Positions 1 to 13,500 of a stretch of 64,000 bases of DNA are shown piece by piece (position 1 is the stretch's first letter; each line of letters begins with the position of its first letter). The stretch is from Protoeuglena noctilucae (taxonomy: Eukaryota). A program made the position numbers and the translations under genes. Where the stretch lies: the NCBI GenBank assembly GCA_958009085.1, contig OY253678.1, positions 186,001 to 250,000 on the forward strand, given 5' to 3'. Under the pieces are notes generated by a model that was not told where the DNA came from, did no database searches, and saw only the letters and a program-made list of their open reading frames with translations.

Positions 1-77
1 GCAGACCTCACCCCAGCTGCGCCCTATCTAGCGCACCCATCCAGTCACCCTCCACCCCACCCCTCCCTTCACCCCAG

Positions 78-3000
78 CCGCACCCTGTTCGGCGCCCCCA
101 ACGTCGACGCCATCTCCGCCATTCGCCCCACCACGGCCCTCTTCCTCTGCAACTTCGAGGCCCTCCACGTCATGGGGGTGTTTGCCATGCAGGGCGATGT
201 GACATCAGCAGTGGGGAGGGCCCTCGAGCCCAGCGCGTTTGGGGGACGCTTTCCCTACCACGTCAGGCGAGTGTCACTGGTGGTACTTGATCAATGCCGC
301 TTGCATCAGTGTCTTTCCATGACCACGTCATGGAAGCTGCTCTGGTACTCGCCCCCCGCGTGTCCATACGGGGTCCGCCGGCTCCCCCCTCACATCCCAT
401 TTCACATCTCAACTTCCCTCCCACCCCCCCACCCACGCAGGGTCCGCCAGCTCCTCCCCGCCCCCGCCCCGCCCCTCCGCTTCGGCCACCCCGCGGCCGC
501 CTGCCCCCCCGGCCCCACCGTCGACACCGCCGCCCTCAAGCAAGCACACCCGGCAGTGCTGGGGCAGGGCAACCGCCTCCGCACCCACCTGCCCGCCGCC
601 ACCGCCGTCGACATCTGTCGGCTGTTCGAGGCAAGGCGATGGGAGGAGACGGCACAGGTGGTGCGGCAGGCAGTGGCGGGTGCAGTGGGAATGACGAGGG
701 ACGCGATGCGGGGTGATGGCGGTGGTGGCGGATCAACGGGTGGCATCAGTGGTAATGAGGGCGGGTTGAAGGGTGGTGCGAGGGGTGGCGAGGGTGCAAG
801 TGGGAGAGGTGGTGCGAGTGGTGGTGAGGGCGGTGGTGCTGGTGCAAGTGGGGCAGAAGATAGTGGACGGAAGGGCGTGAAGGGGAAAGGTCGGGGTTCA
901 ACCCGGGGGTCAGCCGCCGCGTCTGCGGGGTCAGGGGAACGTGCTGCGTCGGTAGAGGGGCGACAGGCAGGGGAACGTGCTGGCGCGCAAGTGGTGACGG
1001 GGCCTGGAGAGGTTTTACTACGGCGCCGGCCATTAACGCTAATTGAGCTGAGCTCATCATCGGAGGAAAACGCGGAGGGTGGGAATGCGGGGAGTGGTAG
1101 GGGTGCGGGGTGTGGCGGTGGGCCTGAGAACGGAGGGACACCTGCGGGGCTTCGAGAGGTGTGCGACGAGGACGGCCGAAACAGCGACTCTGGCAGCGAC
1201 TCTGGCGCTGGCAGCGAGGATGGGTTGGCGTGGGGCGGGAACGTCACGGGTGTCTCACGCCCCTTGCGCGGCCCTCCTGCTCGGGTCTCTGTGAGCAGTG
1301 GGGGCTCTGAGGGGGCTTCGTTTGTGTCTCAGTCTCAGTCTTCTGATTCTGGGGACGAGTGGGTGGCTGGGGATGCGGAGGACGGCAGCGATGCGTCCGG
1401 GTACACGGTGTTTGGGGGTGGCAGTGGGGAGGAGTCGGGGGACGATGACCTGGGCATCAACGTGGTTGGGTTGGAAGAGGGAGGTGAGGTGGTGGGTGGG
1501 GATGGGGTGGGGACGAAAGGGGGTGTGGGATAAAACTATCAAGGAGACTGTGGTGGGTGCACGAGCTTTAAACAGTGTGACGTTGCTTCCCCCATCTTGC
1601 TGGCAGCCCTGGCGATGTGTGATCGAACCCCCACCCCGCTCGTGCTTGCAGCATTACCGTTGCGTGACCTGGAGGACCCCACCATGCCAGCCGCCATGCG
1701 CCTAAGGGGTGGCGCCCGTCGGTTCAAGCTCCGCAAGGCTGCCCCTGCCCCTCCCCTTCCCCCCGCGGCCACGGGGGGACTCCAGGCTTACGCGCACCTC
1801 GGCGACAACGTCAGGTGAGGGATGGGGCTGAGACCGGTTGAAGATAGATGGGAGATTGAGCGCTATGGACGGTTATGATAAGATGTCAAAACAACGCGAT
1901 GGAGAAGGACGGCTGGCTTTTTCGACCTCCGCCCACTCACCCACCTCAGCATCACTCCCACCACTACCACCGCACTGACCCACTCCACACCCCTCCTGCC
2001 ACCCCAGGTCCTCCTTGCATTTCGAGCTCGTGGCCTTCGCCCGGCACTGCGAGCCCTCCCCGTCAGCCCAGGCCCTTGCCCACGAAGCACGGAGAGTGGT
2101 GGCCGAGTCCGCGCGCCGGTGTTTTGGCAAAGCAGCGCAGGTGGAGGCGTTCGGATCGCAGGCCACGGGACTGGCGCTGCCTGGGGGTGATTTGGACCTG
2201 GTGGTGCTGGGGGTCACGGGGCACGTGCAGCTGGGGGGGTACCAGGTGAGGGAGGTGGTCGTGGTGGTGGTGCACGCTGCCTGTAGCGTCGACGCTATCG
2301 TCGACGTCTCTTGTCGATTCGCAAACCACAACAAGAGCTTATGAATCCCTTATCGACTGCTTTTAAACACCATGCTAGCATGAGATTTTCTATTCAGCCC
2401 CATTATTGCACTTCCCCTCTCTCGCAGCGCCCCGTCTTCGCCCGTCGCCTCTCGGAGTTTCTGGCGGACCTGCGCCAGAGCGGGGCCGTGCATGGACGCG
2501 CCTCGGTCATCCAGGCCAAGGTCCCCATCATCAAATGCCACATCCGCACCCGCCCCGGGGCCCCCGCTGTTCGCACCGACATCAGCATGGGTGCTGCCAA
2601 TGGACTGGATGCCGTCAACCTGGTCCGAAGACACCTGGCGCAGGTCCCCCAGGCACGACCACTGGTACTGGCCGTCAAGGCGCTGCTGCAGCACGAGGGA
2701 CTCAACGAGGTGAGTGATGGTCAAGGACAGGCACCAGTGCCATACATGCACGCCGGGCTGTGTTGCACTGGCTGCAGTGCTGCCCCGGGCTATGAGGCAG
2801 GGCTGCAGCATCGTTGCCGTATCTGCCATTCGCGGCTCTGTAGCCACCCTTGCTTATCAAATGCCTCTCGTACCCCCGCCTCCCCCTTCAGGTCTTCACG
2901 GGCGGCCTCTCCTCTTACGCCGTCACCAACATGGTCCTGTGCCACCTCCTATACCTCGGCCTGGTACCCAGTACCACGCCCTCCCCCGCACCCGTACCTG

Positions 3001-4087
3001 GCCGCCCCCTCGGCGCCCGCCACGGCAACGACCTGGGAGTGCTGCTGCACAGCTTCCTCAACCACTTCGGCCGCACTTTCTCCTACAGCCGGCAGGTGGT
3101 GAGCCTGGCGGGGGGGGGATACGTCCCCAGGGACCGAGGGCGGTGGCGCTATGAGGGAGGCCAGGGCCTCCTGGCCGTCGAGGACCCGCAGAGTCCCGGG
3201 AAGAGCATCACGGCGGGGTCGTTTCGCATGCAAGACGTGAAGGAGGCGTTTCGGGCAGCGGCAGACGCCCTGGGCTGCGCCATGCCCCAGACGGGCGACC
3301 GGGTCGGGTGAGGGTGGGCGGGGATGTGAGGTGTCGGGACAATGAGGGGTGTGTCGAGGGTTTAATCATAGAGGTGCAGCTTTGGTGAGATTGTGCGGTA
3401 GGTGGCGGAGGGACAGGTGATTGGCGGGGCGGGCAGTGGATGGGGCCGGGCGACCTCTCGTATGCTCGCTTTGTCATCTGTTGGCCTAATGCCGTGACCC
3501 ACCGCCGTTCTCGATGAATGCAGGCTCGTTCCCGAGGCAGCGAGCGAGGCGGCGATGTGGGCGCAGGTGCAGGGTGCTGGTTCCCATGCATCCGTGGCAG
3601 CGCATGTCACGCACACCTCCCCGCAGCTGCCCATCCTCAACACCGTGTTTGACGTGACGGGTCTGCTGGGTCGGAACGCGCCGTTAATGCGGACAGATGC
3701 GGGGGGTGCAGGGCGCGGGCAGCTGCGCGGGGCGGCGGAGTGGGGCGGCTTAGCTCCAATGCAGGCGCGGGTCCCTCGTCAGCAGGCGGCTTCGCAGAGC
3801 TGGGGCTTCTGGAAAGTGCCGGTGATGACGGCTACGATCCGGACGATTTCGGGCCGCTCGGTGTCATTGGGTCGGGTGGCAATTCGCCGACAAGCAGCGG
3901 CCGGGCATTGGGAGTGGGGACCAAGCGCAAGAGAGAGGATGGGTCGCGCGGTGGGTCGCGCGGTGGGTCTCGGGGAGGCTCAGCGGCCCGATTGTTCGTT
4001 CAGCGGGGGCGGAATGGGGGCAGGGGCGGGCGGGGAGGCCGGGGGCGAGGGCGTGTCAAGCGTCACGCGCCACCATCGCAACCTTAA
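78..4087 (+). CDS. DCD-domain plus TRF4/PAPD5-type non-canonical poly(A) polymerase (multi-exon, 5' end lies outside the window)
   Basis: Exons 78-266, 441-1483, 1607-1814, 2008-2245, 2428-2709, 2892-3307, 3524-3566, 3627-~3705, 3765-4087 splice in frame. DCD-like segment LFGAP..TALFLCNFEALHVMGVF..FGGRFPYHVR. Nucleotidyltransferase motifs FGSQATGLALPGGDLDLVV, AKVPIIK, RTDISM, LNEVFTGGLSSY. PAP-associated motifs DLGVLLHSFLNHFG and LAVEDP. RGG-rich tail. Confidence 0.85.
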
Positions 4088-4501
4088 AGGCTGCGCGCGT
4101 ATAATTTGCTATGCACGCGCGTCTTGAAGTGTCTGATGTCTAGCGCATTGAATCGGGGTGAATGAGCCAGGCGGTGGGCTGGATTTCGCACTGGCACTGA
4201 CGGGACCAGGGCAATCCTAATGACGCCGGGCAGCGGCGAGCACAGGCATCAGCCGCGGCTACTCCCATGACAGTTGTGCATGTGAACCCTGCCTGCCGTA
4301 GTTTGTTTGCGTGTCAGGCTCGCTAGGACAAAAGTGCTGCTGCTGTTGGCCATGAGCCCCATCATCTCAGGCCCAACAAGGGCGCACTAAGACGCGATAT
4401 TGACCAGCAAGTCGGGCTGTGCTATTGCGCGGGATTAGGGGCTCAGGGGGTGCGGCGAGAGCCGTTTCTGCGGGGTGCGTCAGCCCCAGATCGTCAACAA
4501 G

Positions 4502-7500
4502 ATGGCCGACGCCCCCGCTGTTATCTCCGCGTTCCATGAGGAGATATCCAAGCGCGTCGGATACCTCAAGGTCAGTACCGGGCCCCGGGGCGAAAGGCTT
4601 TGCTGCGTCACGGCGACATGTGTGCTGTGCGCGCGTGCGCCGGGCCACCTGTCGCCGCTGTCGTTGCCCCGAGCGATCCTACGCGGACGTTACAGCTCAG
4701 TGGCTCGACCGAACTGCATCTGGCCGGAGCTGTTTCGAATACCGGGCTGCTCGGTGGGCGAGACTTGCCCAGAACGGGAGGCCCGGTCGGAGGGCGCCGG
4801 GGGGCATTTCATATCATGCATGCGATTATGTTTCATATGAGCAAGCCGCGTGTCTCCTGAATCGTAGTCTCGGCGCTCACTCGCGCCAGGAGAGGCTGGG
4901 CGATTGTTTGCCGCAGTTGACGGCCTTTTTCCCGGCGTCGCTATCAGCGCACTGGTTGCTGGGGCTTGCTCTGTGTTCTCGCGATGAGTGTGGAGCGATC
5001 CGCGCACCGCGAGCCCTGACATCTCTGGTTTCACGCTCACCATTCGCGCGCACCCGCAGGGGCTGGAGAGCGTGCACATCTCCTCGGAGGCGATGAAGAG
5101 TCGCTTGAAAGTGAAGAAGAGGATTCGGGAAACCATCAAGTACTACGTGGGGAAGCTCTCGGACCACTACTGGTGCGTGCAGCAGCTGCTGCTGCTTGGG
5201 CATGTGTCCAACTCGCACCGCCACCTCCCGCTCACCGCAGCTGCCGCTTTGTGAACCTGCAGGGTCCCCCAGGTGCTGGCCATCGGCGATGCCCTGGTGG
5301 CCAAGGGCGAGCATGACCTGGCCAAGACCGCCTGCTTTGCTTTGGTCCTCGAGGCCGACCTCTTCCGGTGAGGGACGCGGATGGGATGCATGTGCAGATG
5401 TCATCGTCAGATGGCCCATGGCCATGTCCATGTCATCCTCCTGTCTCGCTCTCTTACTGCCCAGCTTGCTGTCGTCACACTGCCCCACTGCTCCCACCCC
5501 CCCCTCACCCGACTACACCCCCATTACCCACCCCACACACCCACCCCACTCACCCCCGCAGCTCCGCCTCGGGGGAGAGCCGCCTGATGTCCCGCGAGGA
5601 CCGCGCGGCTGCGGTGGTGCGCGCCACCGCCGGCTCCGCCCTCTGCGACCTGGCAGCGGTCACAGACGAGGACCCCTCTCTCGCCCTGGCCAGCTCCCTG
5701 CGTCGCTACGTGGCTGCCGCCGGTGGCCTCAAGCAGGCCCTCGACCTGGCTTTGCCTTATGAGCGCCTCTACTGGCTCACTTTCAACGTCTCCATCCTCA
5801 CCTCCCGCGCCGCACGGCAGCTGCTGTCACGGGGGTTCGCAGCCGACGCCCTTCCTCTTCTCGTGCACGCCGTCCTGGCGGTGGAGAACGGCGTCAACCT
5901 GTGCCTCCCGAGGTTCCTGCCGTGGCGCGTCGAGCTCTACCGCCTCGCGTGCGCCGCCTACGTTGCTGTGGGGGCCGTGCCACAGGCCCGGGTGAGACTG
6001 CTAAGATATCGATGCTGGGAAGTGAATGGCACACACAGCGTGTCTGGCATCATGTGCTATACACATTGCCGCCCTACCATCTGCCTTCCCCGCAGTCGCC
6101 GCTGTCCCAGGGCCTGGCGAGGGTGACGGAGCTGCGGGACGTGCAGTCCCTGGACCCCGTGCCGTGCCCCCAAGACACTCTCGATGCTTACCGGGAGACA
6201 CTGGACGGAATGGCATCTCTAAAACTGACGCTGGACCTGGCGGGGCCCGAGTCAGCGCTGGTGCCAGAGGGGCAGACGCCCGAGGGGGCGGCGGAGGCAG
6301 CGGTGGCGAGGGCGGAGGCGGGGGTGCCCGACGAGGCACTGCGGCTGCTGGCGCTGCTGGGGTGCCTGCACGATCCCAAACGGCCCCTCGGGAAGCGCGG
6401 GGGACTCACCCCGGTGCAGCAGGCGGCGGTGCGGGCTGCGGGGCGCGTCGCCACGCCCCACCTCAAAGTCATCGAGGTGAGTTCTGAGCGGGATGGGTGT
6501 TAGATGCAAATTATCTAGTTATACGAGTTGTTGCCTTTCCTATCGCGTCCCTTCCATGGTGCCCTCACCACCCATCCCATGCTTACTAGTACACCCTCCC
6601 CCACCCCCGCAGTCGACCCTGGGCCGCCGCGCTGCCGCCATGGCTCGCCTGGGCGCCGACCTGGGCTTGGAGCCACCCGCAGCTACAGCCGCGGACGATC
6701 TGACCAACGTGCCCGCATCGATCATGGCCGAGGAGGGCCCTGGGGACGGCCCTGAGGACACGGAGGCGTTGGAACGCGCCACGGCGGTGGTGGGGGCATC
6801 TGCACACCAGGCGCTGCTGCTGGCGGCGTACGCGGCGGAGGACTGGACGCTCTTCCGAACGGTGAGGGGCTGCTATGTGCTTAAGCGAGCTTTGTAAAGG
6901 AGGCTTGTGAGTGTTGTGCGAGTAAGAGACGCGGTGTCATGGCATCATGCTGCTTTCCAGTGTATGTGTTTTATCCTCGTCACTGCAAGCAACATTGCAG
7001 CACCCGGCTGCCACTATCCGCACCCGGCCATCCCCCAGCATCACTCACCCCGCACGTCACTCATCCCACCATGCATCACCGTCCCACCCCCAGGCCCTCT
7101 CCACCGCTGAGCTCCGCTGCAACCACGAGGGCGACGTCTCCCTGGGCGCCGCCATGTCTGGGGAACTCACGGCCCTGCGAGTCACCGCCCAGGGCCTGGA
7201 CGCCCTGCGTCGCATCGAGGTGCCCGACAGCGCTTACGTGGTGCGGACCAAGAGCCCAGAGCCGGGACCCAAGGTGGACGCGGGAACGAAGAAGCCGGTG
7301 AAGAAGGCAGATTCCCGAATGCCAGCACCGACGGCGGGTGCGGATGGGGGTGCGAAGAAGGGGGCTGAGGAGGAGGCCAAGGCAGCGGCAGTGAGTGCTA
7401 GCGCATGTGCAGGGGTGGACCTCTCCGGGGCAGTGAGGGACCCGGAGCAGTTCGCAGCACGGCTGCAGCCCGCGGTGCAGTTTTTGTGCTCTGGGGCGCG

Positions 7501-10500
7501 CGCGGCGGCACTGGCGGCGCCGGACGTGGTGGCGGGGGTGGCGGCGGCGCTGCTGGGGGCGTGCCGCGGCGACGTGGATGCGTATCTGGTGCGGGACGGG
7601 AATTGCGAGGAGCAAATGGAGGCGGTGCTGGAGGCCCTGGACGAGGCCTTCAGCGCCGTGGGTCACCCGGACGCAATTCTGGCGCTGGGCCTGGCGATCA
7701 AGCTGGGCACGTCGCTGGACAAGGGCGGCAAGGTGGGGGTGGCTGTTTGCATCGTGCTTTGCGAGAGGGCTGCTATGTTCTGCTAAAGACACTCTCATCA
7801 CTAGCTCCTTCTCTGTGTAGTTGCAACTGAGTGACTGACTGCGCTCGCTGGCATGCAGCACCCATCCTCCACACCTCACCTCTCATCCCCCCCTCCACCC
7901 CTCTCTCCCCGCAGCTCCTTCGCGGCATCGAGGTGATGCGCCGTGCCGAGTCCCGTGCGCGTGACATGCGTGCGTGCCTGGTGCAGCAGGCAGTCGAGGC
8001 AGAGAGAGATGCAGTGGGGAGGGAGAGGGAGAGGGAGGAGGGGGCGGGGGCCAGGTCACTGGCAGTGGAGATGTTCTTGGACAAGGGGTGAGAGAATGGG
8101 GTGGAGTTATAGATGGGTGACAGAGGAGCGGGTGGCATGGTGATGAGTTTTGGGTGATGAATATCGGGCCAGTCTTTCATGCTCAACTCTCAACTCTACC
8201 CCCCCAGGTCGTCCCCTGCGACGTCTCTGGACCGCCCGCACCCCCTCTGCGACCCCCGCCACCTGAGTCGCTTCAAGTGGGTGTCTGCCGCACGCTCCCA
8301 GCCCCACCCCGAGGTGTCGCCTCTCCTGGCGGCCATCACAGACACCGAGCAGGTCGTCGCGTGCATGCACGCCGACGTGCTGGCTTTGCTCTACCGCCTC
8401 GAGGTGAGGGAAAAGGGGAGAGGAGACGGACTGGCCACAGGTGGACTGCCATTTTCTCAGTCAGTGTTCTCCCTCCAATGCTCGACGTAACCACCCACAC
8501 CTCACCACCCGCACACTCCCCTCCCTTGTGCACCCCACCTCGCGTTCCGCCTATGTCACTACAACGCACCCCATCTCTCTCCTCCTTTCCCCCGCAGCTG
8601 CGCCAGGGCATGCTCGACCAAACGGAGGCCGCCCGCCGCCGCACGCATCGCTTGGTGGCCGACATCGCCCGTCGCGACGAGCAGCACCTGGTGTTTGGAG
8701 AGCGAACGCTGAAGGAGGTGCGGCTGGACAGGGAGCGCGTGGCAGCGGCGGCCGAGACGAGCAGCAACCCCGCGGCGGCCGAGAGCCGACTGGTGGACGA
8801 GTGCGGGGACAACCTCTACGCCAGGGCAGTGCTGGTGAGAATGCGATGGCAGAGACTGTGATCGGCACAGGGAACAGTGATTTCTTATTCGACTTGAGGC
8901 AGTCAGTTGCCCAACAAGGATTGCCTTTGTGTCTGACCCCCCACCTCGTCATCTGACCTGCCCGTTTCATCTCCAACCCCTCCCCCCAGTTCATGGAGAT
9001 GGCCCCTCACTAATGTCATCTGACCTGCCCTTCACTCTCCCCCCCAGTTCATGGAGATGGCCCCGTACCACGCCACGCACGACAAGCGCGTGCGGCTGCT
9101 GCAGGACGCCCACGAGTGCCTCCTGCAGGCCCAGGCGGCGGAGGAGCGCGTGTTATCGGCGCAGCAGGGGCACCACGCCTCGCGCAAGGGCAGGCCCACG
9201 GCGCCGGTCGTGCTCTGGCGCACCTCCACCTCCGTCGCCGTCACCTGCCCGCCCCTGCGCGCGCGGGGCAAGTCCCCCACGCACTTCGCCGTCTACGGGA
9301 AGCTCTACGCGCCGGGGCTCGCCCTCAGCATCAACAACACGGCAGCGGGTGAGAGCTGAAGGAAGGCAGTTGCTTAATGCTTCATCTCTCCCTCTCCCAC
9401 ACACCCTCGCTTAGCAACAACTCCCCACCCTCTCTTGCTCGTTTCTCTCCCTTTCCCGCACAGCCTCTCTCACCCTCATCTCTCACCCTCACCTCCCCAT
9501 CCTCATCTCTCCTCCCAGAGTTCGAGGGCCTGGGCGTCCCCGTCCCCCTCCACTCCGAGGTGGTCGTCCGCGGCCTGCCACCCAACCGCGCCGTTCTCAT
9601 GGCAGTGGCGGCTTACGACAGCGCAGGCGCACTGGTGGCTGATTTAGGAGAGAGCGGCCCCGAGGTGGTCACGTGCGCGCCACTCCCCCTTCTGCTGCTC
9701 CATGCCAACCTGGCCATCACGGCGGGCAACCTGGGCGCGCTCGACGTCGGCAGGGCCTCCAGCGCCCTCCTCACGCGCCACTTCGTCAAGATGACCGAGG
9801 AGAGGCCGCTGTGGGAGGAGGACCCCAGCGACTGCACCACGTTGCACGCAGCACGGGTGCGGGACGCCAGCCCCCAGCTGCTGCGGGCCTTCGCGCACGC
9901 CACCTACGTCGGGGCCGCGCGGCTGGTGGCAGGGCCCCCCGCCCCCGCCGTGCCGCTGTCGGGCGCCGTGCCTGGTCCCCTGCGCACTCCGTACTTGGAG
10001 GGGCAGGTGGCGCGCGTGCGTGCGGCCAAGCGCCTGCTGCTGGCCATGCACGCCGCCGCCACCATCAACGACCAGCAGCTGCTGGCCGAGGGGGCCGTGC
10101 GGGTGCACAACCTGCTCGCCCCCCTGACGGAAATGCCCCGCAAGTCGCCCCTGCTGGCCAAGCCCCTCGCCGCCTGCTGCGCCCTCCTCCGCGGCCTCGC
10201 CGACGTGGCCCTGCACCCCTGCCGCGCCGCCATGCCCGCCGCCACCCACCTCACCCTCAACGCCATCCAAGTGAGTGTGTAATGGTGATGCATGCATTGA
10301 GGTGTGTACTATGGTCATGGCATGGCAAACGCCCACGTTCCATCCTGCCTTGTATCTTTAACCGCACACCCCCACCGTCCGTCTCCTCACTCCACCACCC
10401 CAATGCCACCCCACTCACACACTACTCTCTCACCATCACCTCACTCTCCCCCCCACCCCAGGTCATCGGTGATGTGCATGAATCCGACGCCCTGTCTCTG

Positions 10501-13500
10501 CTGGCCAAGCTGGACGCGGACATCCTGCGTGCGGCGGGCGTGGAGAGCCAGGAGGAGCTGGCCAGGCTGCAAGAGATGCTGTTGCTGGATCCGGGGCTGA
10601 GGAACGCGGCGGGGGAGCTGGTGCGGAAGCGGATGGAAGATGAAAAGGACCTGGTGGCCGCCACGCTGGTCAAGGTGGCGTCGGGGGACGTGCAGCAAGT
10701 GTGGGCGGAGGTGAGGGATGGGGCAGATGTTGCGGGGGTGGCTGGGGGTGACAGGGCTGGGCAGAGGCAATAGTGGAGTGGTGTTGGTCACTTGCTACGC
10801 CACCGATGCCCTGTTCGTGTTCCCGCTGCTCTGTATTCAATTCTGATCCCCACCTCACCTTGTCCCCAGATCACCGCGGATGGCCACCCCCTCCGCGACC
10901 ACCCCCGCTTCATCGAGGTGTGCTGCCGACTGTGCCAGCGGTGAGAGACGGGGCAATGGGGGGTTACTTATACTGCTAAGCGTGGTATCTGTCTCAATAC
11001 ATAACCAACAAAGAGGAGCGTGCTAGTAACCCCTCAGCGCCCTCGCCCATCGTTCTGCGCTCACACCACCTCAGCCCACCCCCGACCCTCACATGCTCCC
11101 CCCCACTCCCCCAGTGTGTACGGCATGGGCATGGACAAGCAGATGCTGGAGTGGGCCGAGCAGGTCCAGTCCTGGCGCAAGGGCCTCATCACTTTCCTGG
11201 GCCTGCCCCCCAAGGGGTGGCGGCTGGAGGAGGCGGTCGAGAAAAGCACTGTGAGTGCCCTGCCACCTGAGGAGGCCAAGGCAATGGAGGGGGCCACGGA
11301 GGAGGAGAGGGAGGAGAGGCTGGGGGAGCTGAGGAGGGAGGACGCGGCGGCCAGGTTCCTGCAGACCCGGCTGAGGGAGGTGAGGGGGGGTGGTGGGGTG
11401 GGGTGATAGATAGACAGAAGTGAGGTGAGAGGTGGGAGGTGGGAGGGGGACTGACAGATGGAGAGAGCTGTCAGGTGTGGCGCAGAGGTAAGGACAGAAG
11501 CATGTGTGACCATCATCCTACTCTCCACCATCACACCCTGTCCCTGTCTCTCTTCCCCAGTCAAGCATCGCTATTCCACCCTTCTCACTCACCCCCGCAG
11601 CTCCTGCCCTTCGGCCGCGAGCGCCGCAAGCGGAGGGCCAAGCACCAGGCGTCCCTGGGGTGGGCCTCGCGGCTGGCGCTGCTGCAGGGGCTGGCGCTGG
11701 CGGCGCTGGCGGCGGGGTCGCGGTCCGAGGCGCCGACGGAGCCGGTGGCGGCGGCGGGGGCGGGGGAGGGGGAGGAGGGGCCGGTGGGGGCGGAGGGCGG
11801 GCCGCGTGGGTCGGACGAGATGGAGGATGACCAGGACCTGAGTGGATTTGAGGACGACGATGGTGGTGGTGGGGGTGGCGGCGGTGGCGGGGGTGGTGGC
11901 GGTGCTGCCCCCGAGAGCAAGGGGGAGGACGAGGTGGCGTGCTTGCGTGCTCTGCGGTGCTTTGCGTGCGCCGTGGAGCTGGGGTTCCGTGCGCGGTGCT
12001 GGGCGGGGGTGTACAACGCGTGCCAGGACATGTGGGACGCACTCAAGATGGTGCTGGAGGTGAGGGAGGGGTGTTTGCATGCGTGGGGCGCTTGTTGAGG
12101 TCGCCTCCTGTTGGTGTGTCTTTCGACTCGCTTTCCATGCACACGCTGCCTCGTGCTCTTACCATGCTCTTACTCCCTCATCTACCGTGTACTGTAACCC
12201 ACCCATACCTGCACCCCCACTCCATCCGACACTCTCACACTCGCACCCCCAGGTCCACCGCGACCACCTCCTCCACGCCGAGCAGCGCGCCCACGAGGTC
12301 TCCATCACCATGCACGACCTCAATCAGCGATACTACGTGCGCCACCTGCCCCTGGAAGTCAACCCACCACCTGCGACGGGGAAGGTGAGGGGGATGGGTG
12401 GGGATTGATGGGGGTTGCCGGCAAGGTGTGAAATGAGTGCTGTGGAGGTGCATGTCCGATTCCCTGACCAATGGCAATGTTAGAATGGAATGGCTGTGGC
12501 TGTGACGCATCGATGCACCCGCCCTGCTTCTTGCCTTGCTGTCCGTCCACCACTGCTTCCCCTCCCCCTGCCCCACTCTGATCCTCCGTATGCCATCTCC
12601 CCTCCCTCACCAGGAGGCCAAGAAGGGCCCCACGTCCCAGGAGGCCAAGGCAGCGGAGCAGGCCCAGCGACAGCTGGAGCAGGCCCTCATGCAGCGACGC
12701 CTCAACATCATCCGAGGACCGGACAACATCGCGCGGGTGCTGAGGGCGCCCATGCAGCGCCTGATGGACCTGGTGGAGCTGTACATGCACGGCACCCCCC
12801 TCGAGGACGGGGCGGAGCCGGAGCCACTGCCAGAGAACGACGCCGCGTCGTTCGACATGGGCAGCGACAAGGTGCCCGACATATGGTGAGAGACGAGAAT
12901 TGCGGGAATGATGGCAATCTCATGGGTGGTTTAGGAGGCGCGTGTCGGATTCTCGTAAGGCTCTCACTGTGTGTGTGTGTTCAGCATGTGACGACATCCG
13001 CCTACCTCTGTGCTACGCTCGGGTAGCTACTCAACTGCTTCTTCTTCTTATCACAATCCCAGACTTACATCTCACAAGGTTTCTATTCCATGTTCCATCT
13101 CACATGCCCCCTCCCTCTCCTCCCAGGTTCCACCGCCGTGGTGACATGGACATGCGGTGGCTGCTGACGCTGGTGATGGCGGTGATGCACATCATGAAGG
13201 ACAAGTCGCGGCACGACATGATGTTCACATTAGGGGAGCGATTCAATGCACTGAGCAAGGACGTGTTTGCCGACAAGCTCCTGCCCCTGCTGGTGGCGGC
13301 GTGCCCGCTCGTGGGAAGGGACATCGCCCAGTGGACGGTGGCGCTGGAGAAGGCAGTTAGGGACAAGAACGCGGCGCTGGAGGACCTGGAGAGGTGAGGG
13401 ATGGGCTGCAGGGGTCACGGTTGGTATGCAAAGTGCTTGCTTGGTTGCTTGCTTGGTAGTAGGCCATACAGTGGTCTGCGCCCGTTCCATCTTCTCTGGC

